Assembly (NCBI GenBank): GCA_951406725.2
Contig: OX597817.1
Coordinates: 175,956,001 to 176,020,000, forward strand
DNA from: Octopus vulgaris
Lineage: Eukaryota
Length of the DNA: 64,000 nucleotides
Reading direction: 5' to 3'
This document shows, one piece after another, positions 39,764 through 53,271 of the stretch. Below the pieces are notes generated by a model. The model searched no databases, was not told the origin of the DNA, and saw only the letters and a list, made by a program, of their open reading frames with translations. The translations under genes and the position numbers were made by a program. Position 1 is the stretch's first letter; each line of letters opens with the position of its first letter.

Positions 39764-39764
<1 letters not shown>

Positions 39765-40216
39765 GGTGAATTGAAGAAATGGAGCTGAACGCAGATTGAA
39801 CAGAAATCGTTTTATTTCATTCTACACGTGTTTCGAAAGGCACAATTTACCAAAATCCGATTGAATAATGGGACCATATTGTGTCTTTCTCTTTTGTTTT
39901 TTTCCAACGGATTTCCTATTTTCTTCCTGAAGAGAAAGACACAATATGGTCCCATTATTCAATCGGATTTTGGTAAATTGTGCCTTTCGAAACACGTGTA
40001 GAATAAAATAAAACGATTTCTGTTCAATCTGCGTTCAGCTCCATTTCTTCAATTCACCAATAATATTTTAATTTCAATTATCCGCACCAACGAACGGTTG
40101 CAACACCATATGGTTGTACCTCCAACCGTGCTGTTTACTGCTGTGATTTTTGCTACTAAGGTATCGGTTAAACTTTTGATTAATCTACTACAAGATTATT
40201 CATCTTTCTATTTCAC

Positions 40217-40220
<4 letters not shown>
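39764..40220 (+). mobile_element. non-coding inverted pLTR pair (130-bp arms) with 3' extension
   Basis: 39764-39893 is the reverse complement of 39930-40059. The downstream sequence resembles the pLTR ends at 18360-18545 and 37857-38050. Confidence 0.85.
39917..40010 (+). ncRNA. type I hammerhead ribozyme (intact)
   Basis: tattttcttc-CTGAAGA-gaaagacacaat...attgtgcctttc-GAAA-cacgtg-TA-gaataaaata. Predicted cleavage after 40000. Confidence 0.85.
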
Positions 40221-40282
<62 letters not shown>

Positions 40283-40798
40283 TGCCTTTCACACTTCGTG
40301 AACTTGGCCATCAATGGCTTTTGTGAGAGTGAACAGTGTAATATAGAAGGAATTAAAGCGATAACAATTTGCAAAGTTTAAATTATATTTCTTTCTAGTT
40401 TGCATGCTGCTAGTATACACATAGTTGCAAAGAAACATTGAAACTCTTTGTCTGACTGAGAAGATGAAACATATAGCATGTGTGTTTGCTATGCGCTGGG
40501 TAGTCACTCATCGGAAAATGTAAGACGTTTGGAACAAAATTTTGTTTTCCTTGTATGTAATAAAATAATTTTACTCTTCTCCGCAAGATTATTTTAGTAC
40601 TTACCACACGTAATAACTACACGTGTCTTATTGAAATTTGGAATAAAGTTGGTATGGCTATGATATTACTGATACCTGTACTAAAACTGCACAATACCAT
40701 TATATATATAAATATATACACTTGTTTTGCAAGATTCTTGATGTGAAATCGTGTGTTGGAACAGATGTCTAAACTGGCAAATATGACCATTCCTAAAT

Positions 40799-40889
<91 letters not shown>

Positions 40890-40893
40890 ACAT

Positions 40894-41082
40894 AACTAAA
40901 CACTTTTAAACTTCGTATACTGGTAAAATGTGTTTATAAAACATATTTTTCTCTTGGCTTTATTAAGAAAATTCTATAGTTTGTAAGATATTTGTTGTTT
41001 TTTCTTCAATTTCAACCAATCAATGACGTCTACTAAGGTGAAAACATTCTGTGCCGTATGAATATGTCCCTCGTTTAAGAAA
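40894..41082 (-). mobile_element. internal fragment of the 13672-14093 MITE
   Basis: Reverse-complement match to about 13847-14050. Confidence 0.75.
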
Positions 41083-41487
41083 CCTGTCTTTTACTGTTTA
41101 TAATTTGTACCGTCGTTACTGTCCTGTTTTTGTTACCATTTTTACCCCTCTGCGAAAAGATCTCAGAATTTTAATTGATTTGCTTTTCGCAGGAAGGAAA
41201 GTTTCTTGTCGAAGATACGTCTCGCTTTTATCCTTCGAAACGTAGAGTAGATGAAACCATAGCGACTGAAGAAGGGATTTTTTCTTTGTGTTAATTGTCC
41301 TGTACTCTATTTTTTTGTTGCTTTAAAAAAATCTCCAGTTCCTTTGGTTTGTGTCTATGTTTTCGTTTCTCATTGTGTTCGACGTCCTTTTGGTGTCCTG
41401 CTCTCATATATGCGTGTATATGTACATGTAGAGATAGGTACGTACATATATGTTTATATATATGCATATGTTTTATTTTATTTATTA

Positions 41488-41540
<53 letters not shown>

Positions 41541-41546
41541 TGTATG

Positions 41547-41617
<71 letters not shown>

Positions 41618-41937
41618 TTATGCGTCTCGAAACATTCGTTATTACCGTATTCGTCCAAATTCGGTGTTAATTCATAAGAAATTTCCCCCCTCTTCAGCGG
41701 CAAATACGAAATTGGACTCAATTCGGTAATAACGAATGTTTTAGAAATTTCTAACGGCTTGTTTCAAGATGCATAAATTATAATGGTTATCGACAATTAT
41801 TTGTTTCGGCATATTTGGCATTAGAATTTTTCTTCTGCCCTTATCTTGTAAATTATATATAAATTTTACCTTTAAAGGCATTTTTTGATATGCTGGCCAT
41901 TGATAAAATTTTTTTCCCGAAAATTTTTTATCCTATA

Positions 41938-42027
<90 letters not shown>

Positions 42028-42420
42028 ATTTAGGAATGGTCATATTTGGCAGTTTAGACAACATCTGTTTCAACACACGATTTCACATGAAGAATCTTGC
42101 AATGCAAGTGTATATATTTAAATTTAGAGAGACTTAGTAATTTTAATATTTCTATTATATATATATATATATAATGGTATTGTGCAGTTTTAGTACAGGT
42201 ATCAGTAATATCATAGCCATGATATATATCTTTAGAAAGAAATTAAGATTAATGTAAAAAAGAAATAAATCTGAAGCAAATTAACACCAAATATATTGTA
42301 CGTGTGTTTTTATTGGCTAAATTGGCAACACGACCATTCCTACAAACTCGCGAAAGAAGAGAAACAGAGGTAAATACAACATCTATTTCAATACACGATT
42401 TCACATCAAGAATCTTGCAA

Positions 42421-42458
<38 letters not shown>

Positions 42459-42462
42459 GGTA

Positions 42463-42791
42463 TTATGGCTCAGTGGTTAGAGCATCGAACTTACGATCGT
42501 GAGGTTGTGAGTTCGAATCCCGGACCGGGCTGTGTGTTGTGTTCTTGAGCAAGACACTTTATTTCACGTTGCTCCAGTTCACTCAGCTCTAGAAATGAGT
42601 TGCGACGTCACAGGTGTCAAGCTGTATCAGCCTTTGCCATTCCCTTGGATAACACTGGTGGCGTGGAGAGGGGAGGCCTGTATACATGGGCGACTGCTGG
42701 CCTTCCATAAACAACCTTGCATGGACTTGTGCCTGGGAGGGTAACTTTCTAGGTACAATTCCACGGTCAGTCATGACCGAAGAAGGTCTCA
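42463..42791 (+). mobile_element. SINE family C copy
   Basis: A box tggctcagtgg, B box gttcgaatcc. Homologous to 4838-5160. Confidence 0.8.
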
Positions 42792-42805
42792 AGTACAGGT
42801 AGCAG

Positions 42806-42840
<35 letters not shown>

Positions 42841-42841
<1 letters not shown>

Positions 42842-43353
42842 TAGCAGTATCGCCCGGCGTTGCTCGGGTTTGTAAGGGAAATAACTATATAAGCATTTTT
42901 AGAGAGTTACTTCCCTTATAGATGCCAATTCGGGCTTTCTTAGCCATTTCTGTTTTGGTATCTTCAAGCCATGAAGTCGTTGTTCTAAAAGAACGCTGGT
43001 CTCCTTGACAACGCTTTACGAGGTTGATTTCCTTACACTCCCTTCCCCACAGCTTCACGAGGGAGGGAAGAATGGGGAAAAGCAAACAGGTGCAGGTGTG
43101 TCCATGGACGCCAACTCCGCCGCCATCGACACACGAAAAATTATGCATTAAAATGGAATAAAAAATGATGTTAAATTATTTTTAAAATCGTAGACTCATC
43201 GTAGACGCGCGCTAATACTCAGACGGGCTCGATATGAATCACGACTAAGATACCCGAATTTGGTTAAACTGCACCGCAAAATGTGGGAGTAGTTAGGAAT
43301 CCAAATCGAAGGGGACAGACACTCACACAACTACAGTTTTATATATATATAGA
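42841..43353 (-). mobile_element. non-autonomous Helitron
   Basis: The 3' 31 nt are identical to the 12496-12876 end (aaacccgagcaacgccgggcgatactgctag). Similar 5' end, different interior. Confidence 0.8.
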
Positions 43354-43475
43354 TATATATATATATATGTATATGTATAAAATCTGAAAAATCTGTATGC
43401 TAGGCTACTGGTTTTAAATTGATATTAATTAAATTAATATTCAATTTATCTCCCTCATTATTTAAATGTTTAAAT

Positions 43476-43523
<48 letters not shown>

Positions 43524-43643
43524 ACAATCAAGGAACGGCCATAATAGGCCATTCACCCACTAGAAATAACAGCCAAAGCTTCAACCGCAAATAAAAATTA
43601 ATTCCGTAAACCAGGAGAAAATTTAAAAAACATTTACCCTGTA

Positions 43644-43750
43644 ATTTCTTATACGATATACCGTTTCATCTGCTGATTAATGGTAAACTAACCTGATTAA
43701 ATTAAATCAAGCCAATCTTCCACAGGCCCTCAGATTCTTCAGTAAGAAAT
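43644..43750 (-). ncRNA. type I hammerhead ribozyme, copy 1
   Basis: Reverse complement of 44748-44854. Confidence 0.85.
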
Positions 43751-44136
43751 AGCCCAAGTCGGAACAGATATTTTCACGAGGCATTTCCGACCTTGCCAAG
43801 TTTATATCTGACCTAAAATTTTCAAATCGTCGCACTCGCGCCAAATTTATCGGCAGCAAATAAATATAAGCCGTCGATTCCATTACGGAATTAATCAGAA
43901 AATTCATAATTAATCAATATAGGGTGGCAAAAAAAAATTTTGTAGAATTCTTTTGCCACCAGCGGCCTAGTGGGAAAAAATTAAATAGTCATAGACCATT
44001 TTTAAGTTCAACATCAACAATCAAGGAACGGCCATAATAGGCCATTCACCCACTAGAAATAACAGCCAAAGCTTCAACCGCAAATAAAAATTAATTCCGT
44101 AAACCAGGAGAAAATTTAAAAAACATTTACCCTGTA

Positions 44137-44243
44137 ATTTCTTATACGATATACCGTTTCATCTGCTGATTAATGGTAAACTAACCTGATTAAATTAAAT
44201 CAAGCCAATCTTCCACAGGCCCTCAGATTCTTCAGTAAGAAAT
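44137..44243 (-). ncRNA. type I hammerhead ribozyme, copy 2
   Basis: 493 bp from copy 1, same sequence. Confidence 0.85.
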
Positions 44244-44747
44244 AGCCCAAGTCGGAACAGATATTTTCACGAGGCATTTCCGACCTTGCCAAGTTTATAT
44301 CTGACCTAAAATTTTCAAATCGTCGCACTCGCGCCAAATTTATCGGCAGCAAATAAATATAAGCCGTCGATTCCATTACGGAATTAACCAGAAAATTCAT
44401 AATTAATCAATATAGGGTGGCAAAAAAAGTTGGCTGTTATTTCTAGTGGGTGAATGGCCTATTATGGCCGTTCCTTGATTGTTGATGTTGAACTTAAAAA
44501 TGGTCTATGACTATTTAATTTTTTCCCACTAGGCCGCGGGTGGCAAAAGAATTCTACAAAATTTTTTTTGCCACCCTATATTGATTAATTATGAATTTTC
44601 TGGTTAATTCCGTAATGGAATCGACGGCTTATATTTATTTGCTGCCGATAAATTTGGCGCGAGTGCGACGATTTGAAAATTTTAGGTCAGATGTAAACTT
44701 GGCAAGGTCGGAAATGCCTCGTGAAAATATCTGTTCCGACTTGGGCT

Positions 44748-44854
44748 ATTTCTTACTGAAGAATCTGAGGGCCTGTGGAAGATTGGCTTGATTTAATTTA
44801 ATCAGGTTAGTTTACCATTAATCAGCAGATGAAACGGTATATCGTATAAGAAAT
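44748..44854 (+). ncRNA. type I hammerhead ribozyme, copy 3
   Basis: atttctta-CTGAAGA-atctg...cagat-GAAA-cggtatatcg-TA-taagaaat. Predicted cleavage after 44846. Confidence 0.87.
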
Positions 44855-45240
44855 TACAGGGTAAATGTTTTTAAAATTTTCTCCTGGTTTACGGAATTAA
44901 TTTTTATTTGCGGTTGAAGCTTTGGCTGTTATTTCTAGTGGGTGAATGGCCTATTATGGCCGTTCCTTGATTGTTGATGTTGAACTTAAAAATGGTCTAT
45001 GACTATTTAATTTTTTCCCACTAGGCCGCTGGTGGCAAAAGAATTCTACAAAATTTTTTTTTGCCACCCTATATTGATTAATTATGAATTTTCTGGTTAA
45101 TTCCGTAATGGAATCGACGGCTTATATTTATTTGCTGCCGATAAATTTGGCGCGAGTGCGACGATTTGAAAATTTTAGGTCAGATATAAACTTGGCAAGG
45201 TCGGAAATGCCTCGTGAAAATATCTGTTCCGACTTGGGCT

Positions 45241-45347
45241 ATTTCTTACTGAAGAATCTGAGGGCCTGTGGAAGATTGGCTTGATTTAATTTAATCAGGT
45301 TAGTTTACCATTAATCAGCAGATGAAACGGTATATCGTATAAGAAAT
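45241..45347 (+). ncRNA. type I hammerhead ribozyme, copy 4
   Basis: Same motif. Predicted cleavage after 45339. Confidence 0.87.
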
Positions 45348-45569
45348 TACAGGGTAAATGTTTTTTAAATTTTCTCCTGGTTTACGGAATTAATTTTTAT
45401 TTGCGGTTGAAGCTTTGGCTGTTATTTCTAGTGGGTGAATGGCCTATTATGGCCGTTCCTTGATTGTTGATGTTGAACTTAAAAATGGTCTATGACTATT
45501 TAATTTTTTCCCACTAGGCCGCTGGTGGCAAAAGAATTCTACAAAATTTTTTTTGCCACCCTATATTGA

Positions 45570-45621
<52 letters not shown>

Positions 45622-45622
45622 A

Positions 45623-45659
<37 letters not shown>

Positions 45660-45703
45660 GTGTGTATGTGTGCTTGTATATAAAATAGATACGTACCTAC
45701 ATG

Positions 45704-45772
<69 letters not shown>

Positions 45773-47389
45773 TGTGCGTGTGTGTGTATGTGTGTGTAAT
45801 TATGTATGTTTGCATGTATTCCAACGTAAAAATGTCTAAAATCTTCTGCTCTTGCACTTGATTGAAGTTAAATGTCATTTTGAGCCTCAAAATGCTAATG
45901 TAACGCCTTTTTGATAACCGAAAGAACAATAAAACCTTTGCAATTAAATCAATAATTCAAGTTTCACGCACACTTGTAATTTCTCTGGCATTTTATGACT
46001 TGAAAATGCAATAATAGGACTCCTGCGGATTTCAGCCAATAAGAAATCTAACTGTTGACACAAAAATTGCTAGAATTATTGATATGTTTAACAGGAACTA
46101 TTGAGACCAGTAAATTTCATTAAGCTGGAAATGCATCGAAACCGACTCGAACAAGAAAGTGGCTACTCAAAAGTTCTTTCAAGCCGAACTAATCTTTCAA
46201 CACTTTTCATTTGATGAAACGTAGAATTCATACCGGTAGAGCAAATCTATTGACTGATACTAAAATTACTGTGCCTTTGGGTTAGAAACTAGTACGTCAA
46301 TGAGAAAGTCAGCATTTACTTCTTTTAAAACTCTAGAGATTAAATTTGGTTATATTTCGATCAATAATGTGTGCCTTTCTACTGTTCTCTTTTACAGAGT
46401 AAATAGAATGCTATTTCTAAACATGATAACCGTAAATCTATACGGAAAAGAAGCTTTCTTGTCTGTCAGTATAGAATCCTGTTTTTTTCCTTCTTAAAGT
46501 AGCTAATAAAATCTTAGAGATTAAAAACAAACCACGCTAAAGTATGATGCTATTTTACTTCATCTATCTCTTCGACTGTGGTGCTATATTTGCAAAAATC
46601 ATCGGTTGAGTTTGTGTTTTATAGTTAAGTGATGGCAGCGATGGAGCCCACACATACTTAATCTATTGAATAGGTTTTCCAAGAGTGTCCAGTATACAGC
46701 CCGCAGCAATGTTTATTACGGCCTTGGGTTGTATTTTATTAAAGAAATACTATTTTCTTTCAGCTTAAAAATATTCGGCTATGTGTGTGTGTGTGCGTGC
46801 GTGCATGTGTGCGTATGTGTGTATGTATACACACACACACACACACACACACATACACACACACAGATACACACACACACACACACACACGCACACATAG
46901 CATACATACTGTCTCCCCAAGCCCGACTAAGTTACGGTTTAACCCTGGGCTGATTCTACTTTGCCATATTAGTGCACCTTACCCACTCTAAGGACTCTTA
47001 CTTAATAGGATTATATGTGTATATGTCATTAATCAGTTTTATTTCAAGATTTCTTGCCAATAGGGAAAGAGCTGGTTTCTAACCTAGATCCAAGGCTCAG
47101 TCATTGGAATTTCAACATGAAAAACAGGGTATTTTTGTATGTCTGTATGCATGTATGTATGCATATATGTATGCATGTATGTATGTATGTATGTATATAT
47201 GTATGTGTGTGTGTGTGTATGTATATGTATATGTATGTATGTGTGTATATATGTGTGTATGTATGTGTGTATGTATGTACATATGTATGTATGTATGCAT
47301 GCATGCATGTATGTATGTATGTATATACGTATGTATGTATGTATGTATGTATGTATGTATGTATGTATGTATGTATGTATGTATGTATG

Positions 47390-48708
<1,319 letters not shown>

Positions 48709-48709
<1 letters not shown>

Positions 48710-48868
48710 CGTATTTTAACGTGTAAAAGGAACCCTTTTTTGTCAAAAATTAGGTTAAAAAAATATGAGAGTTTCTTATACATGGATAGTATTATAATCT
48801 CATAAAAAACCTTTTTCCCAAATTTTAACCCCCCAAAATTAGGGGGATCCTTATGCACGTTAAAATAC

Positions 48869-48870
<2 letters not shown>
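48709..48870. mobile_element. Tc1/mariner-superfamily (pogo/Tc2-like) MITE
   Basis: TIRs ccgtattttaacgtgtaaaagga / tccttatgcacgttaaaatacgg within (TA)n. Confidence 0.75.
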
Positions 48871-48929
<59 letters not shown>

Positions 48930-49030
48930 TGCTGTGTGCAGATATACATATATGTATATATATATATAAACACACGTACATACATACATATAAACATAAA
49001 AACACACGCACATACATATATGTGCGTATG

Positions 49031-49116
<86 letters not shown>

Positions 49117-49242
49117 AAATTTAAATTTAAAATAATATGGTTGAAAATTGATTAATTTGATTAATATCAATTTAAAACCAGTGGTCTAGCATATAGAAAA
49201 ATTTGAAGATTCAGAAAAATGATATTACTTACATATAAGAGG

Positions 49243-49509
49243 GATGACCACTAAGTGAACATCCATTATGCTAGGAGTCGACCCCTATGGTCTTACCACT
49301 AAGAAAGGAATGTTCTCAAGAAAATTTAGCAGACGGCAGACCGTAAGTGAGCAAGACTAGTGAAAAGATACAAAATATATTTTGTATCTTTTCATTAGTC
49401 TTTTCATTAGACGGTCTGCCGTCTGCTAAATTTTCTTGAGAACATTCCTTTCTTAGTGGTAAGACCATAGGGGTCGACTCCTAGCATAATGGATGTTCAC
49501 TTAGTGGTC

Positions 49510-49512
<3 letters not shown>
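49243..49512. repeat. 270-bp loopless palindrome
   Basis: Centre caaaata|tattttg at 49377/49378. Arms match apart from a short patch. Confidence 0.9.
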
Positions 49513-49591
<79 letters not shown>

Positions 49592-49617
49592 ATAATATCT
49601 ATATCTATCTATATATC

Positions 49618-49659
<42 letters not shown>

Positions 49660-50191
49660 CAAACATATACATGCACTCACACACACGTCGAATAGTTAAA
49701 TAAAAATAGAAATAACCAACAGGAGAATTTCAAGAGACGTTCACAGTTAATATTATTAGTCTGAGGGTAAAGGAAGTAAAAGTGTGCCTTTGTGTACATG
49801 TTCGTCCCCGCCACCACTTGACAACTGGTATTACTTTGTTTACGTTGCACATAATTTAGCGGTTCGGCAAAACACACCGATAGAATAAGTAGCAGACTTT
49901 AAAATAAGTACTGAGGCAATAAAGGCGATGTGCCAACATGTCTGTAGTCCTATAGCTGAAACCCTTGCAAAAACAAAGACGACAGAAGGAAATTAATAGT
50001 ACTAATCAGTTTACTTCTCCAAATTCTTCAAACTTTACTATAAGCACAAAGCCAGAAATTTTGTGATGCATGTGCCTGCTGTACCCATATCAGATGGGTA
50101 GGCATGATGGGTATACTGGGCTCCGTATATTTTACCCCAGTGTTACTTTGATGGCATGCACTACTCTCTCACTCAATAATAATAATAATAA

Positions 50192-50390
50192 TCCTTTCTA
50201 CTGGAGGCACAGGACCTCATATTTGTGGAGAGGGGACTAATAGATCACATCGACCCCAGTGTTTCACTGGTACTTCATTTATCGACTCCGAAAGGATGAA
50301 AGGCAAAGTCGACCTCGGCGGAATTTGAATTCAGAACGTAGTGACGGGCGAAATACTGCTAAACAGATAGATAGCCCGCAGCCTTAAATG
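50192..50390 (-). mobile_element. SINE family B copy
   Basis: Family B consensus match, with the tail merging into (TAA)n at 50175-50192. Confidence 0.75.
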
Positions 50391-50664
50391 AGATAGTAAT
50401 TATGAATTAACATTTATATTACCTGAGCCCTTGACAGCTTATATCAGCTTATATCATAGTGGGACCAACATCGTCTCAACCGTCACCAGGAGATCATCAG
50501 ACAATTTTCGACTTTCTCCAGCCTTGTCAGTGCTGTATACATCTTAGTCACGAGCCAAGACAAAGCTTGTCTTCGATATGTAGAAGAGATTGAAAGACAC
50601 ATATTGCAGAAAGTTATTTGGCTCAACATCTGGCGTTATCGTGGGCCACTGCGGGAGCTTTTTA

Positions 50665-51081
50665 TCTTTTATTTTTATTTGTTTCAGTTATTAGACGGTG
50701 GTCATGCTGGAGCATACCGCCTTGAAGAATTTTTAGTCAAAACGAAATGATTCCAGTAGTTATTTTCTTTTTGGTACTTATTCCATTGGTCACTTTTACT
50801 GAACTGTTAAGGTACAGAGGACGTAAACCTACCAACACCGGTTGTCAAGCAATGGTGAGGAAAACGCAGACACAAAGACACGCACGCACACACAAGCACA
50901 CACACGCACACACATACACACGATAGGCTTCTTTCAGTTTCCGTCTATCAAATCCACCCGCGAAGCTGTGGCCGGTCCTAGGCTATCGTAGAAGACACTT
51001 GCCGAAGGTCCTACGCAGTGGGACTGAACCTGGAACCATGTGGTCATGTGGTTGGGAAGTAAGCTTCTTACCACACAGCCA
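50665..51081 (-). mobile_element. SINE family A copy
   Basis: Reverse-complement head and tail with an internal (CA)n linker. Confidence 0.75.
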
Positions 51082-51937
51082 TATCTATGAAGAAATTTTC
51101 TCTCGGACAAAAACACAGCACTATGCCTTTTATTGCTGTATATACTTTAGGTATGTGACATAGATGGCTATTTTAATTTAATGTTGCTTCAATTGCATAC
51201 ATAGAGTTATTTCCCAGCGCAGTGGCGTTCTGTAATATTAGCGAATGCATTATTCATTGTTTCCTACATATGGTGATGGGCTCAAAATAACTGAAACGTT
51301 GAGACGAAGTTGGTCTCCGATATATATTGTTTTTAACACATGTCTATAAAGAGATGTTCTCTCAGACAAAAAAACACAGCATCGTATTCGTCAACGTTAT
51401 ATATAGCTTAAGCATGATGCATAAACGGCTATTTTGAAAAAATCAGCATTTTCAATAATATATTCTGATGGCATTTGGTAGACACGTTACTTTCAAATTC
51501 CGCCGAAGACAGCTTTTTATTTCATTCTTCGGACAATGAAAGAAATAAAAGTAGTACAGAGGGTTGATTCAATGGATTTTTGCAAATATTTGCCATGCAG
51601 TTTATTGATTGAATCGATTTCAAACACAAGTATAAGACAATGAAACATTAAACAAACGACTTTGACGAAAGAACAGTAGAGAACACAATTGTTTTATGAT
51701 ATTGTGCTTTGTCCTTGTTGGTTCTCAACTCAAATGAATATTGGTTTTACTCGTCGTATTTTCAAGGGCAACACATTAGTTAATATTTTTGCATCAATAA
51801 AATAACAGTCTAATAGTTGATTCAAAAGACACTAGTTATAATATGCCCAGAATCGGTTATTCAACCGAACTGCAAACAGTTTCAGTGTAAAAAAAATATC
51901 TTTGAATTCTATTAAAATAATTTGTTATATAGAAGTA

Positions 51938-52284
51938 CAGGCAGACCTTACTTGCGCCGGTAATTGGTTCCAAGACATGCGACTTAACTAAAAAAGCGGA
52001 ACAACGTTTTAAAAGCACGACAAACATTATAAAAAATTTATTAGCTCATATCTGTAATAATAAAAGGTTTGTACATATTTTTATATGTATTTTTTTTTAT
52101 TTTCCTTTGCAGTATTCGTTTCAGGTGTGTTTATAGTCTTTTATGCTTTTAAATGTTCTGATAAACCGACGGAAATTGAGATTTATTTTTACAAGTAATT
52201 TCTTTAACCCCACTCCCATAAAAAAAATACCTTCTAAAAACGAAAAGGATGTAATTTGAAACGACGTAAGTTGAGGCATGCCTG
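51938..52284. mobile_element. Tigger/pogo-like MITE
   Basis: TA-caggcagaccttacttgcg ... cgtaagttgaggcatgcctg imperfect TIRs. Confidence 0.55.
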
Positions 52285-53108
52285 TTGTCTTTAATTCGCA
52301 GCTAACGGTTTACTGAATGTATAACTTGAGCACTGACTTGCTTGATAAAGAATTAATTCCCAATAGGAAAAAAATATTATTATTCTTTCTTTCTTTTTTT
52401 TTCTTTCTTTCTTTCTCTTTCAATAATTAACTTTCGATGTTAACACCCACATACAGATACTGTAGCATGAATTATTTTATGAAGTGCTTTATGATTTTTA
52501 AAATATCGATTTCTTACATAGACACGTGACCTCACATTTTGGGGGATGAGAATAGTCGATTAGATTTATCTCACTACTTGATTTGTGCTTTATTTTATCG
52601 ATCTTCTCGCAGGTTGAAATACATATATCTCTAGCAAGATTTGAACTCAAAACGTAAAGGTAACACAACTAAGTACATCGATGTACCGATTTTGCCCCCC
52701 GACTTATTTATCTTTATTTCATTCTGGTTTATACAATGCATTAGGGTTGTCATTGGATGGCTCTAGCGGCATATCAGTTGCTTGACCTTGATTGAACTCT
52801 TTTCTGTGACTGGTTTCTCGTTACCCATCTCATGGCCCGATATAGCCAATTCAGAGAGTGGACAGGATAGAGAGAGAACTATAGGCAAGAGAGAGTGAGA
52901 GAGAGAGAGGGAGTTAGAAATAGTGAAGATAGAGATAGGGAGTGAGAGAGAGAGAAATGGAAAGAGGGAGAAAGAGATCACTGTACTAGACTGGCATTTT
53001 ATCGAACTCATAAGGGTACAAAGTAGCAAAAAAAAAAATAAAATAAAATAAAGCAGACTTAAGCGTGATTTGAAACCGAACATAAAGAGCCAGCAAAGAT
53101 GCCACACA

Positions 53109-53196
<88 letters not shown>

Positions 53197-53271
53197 TAAC
53201 GCTGAAACTATTCTAGTAATTCAGCGACGTTTTCTATGAAACTATACCCTTTTTTTTATTATTATAGGCAC

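Larger units (their letters stand above)
43521..45576. mobile_element. non-coding 493-bp tandem/inverted repeat element with four intact hammerhead ribozymes (retrozyme-like)
   Basis: Left array 43521-44428 has period 493 (43521/44014). Right array 44430-45576 is the opposite strand with period 493. (TA)n on both sides. Confidence 0.9.

Noticed and set aside
42463-42530. tRNA gene
   Set aside because: A and B boxes are present but continue into a SINE body found three times in the window; no clean cloverleaf.
44591-44791. 66-aa ORF repeated four times in the 493-bp unit
   Set aside because: The repetition only reflects DNA identity. No recognisable domain, and it runs through the ribozyme core. 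Not excluded, but unsupported.
43521-45576. CRISPR array or opposite-polarity (ambisense) ribozyme in the unit
   Set aside because: No unique spacers. I found no CUGANGA/GAAA core on the antisense strand of the monomer.
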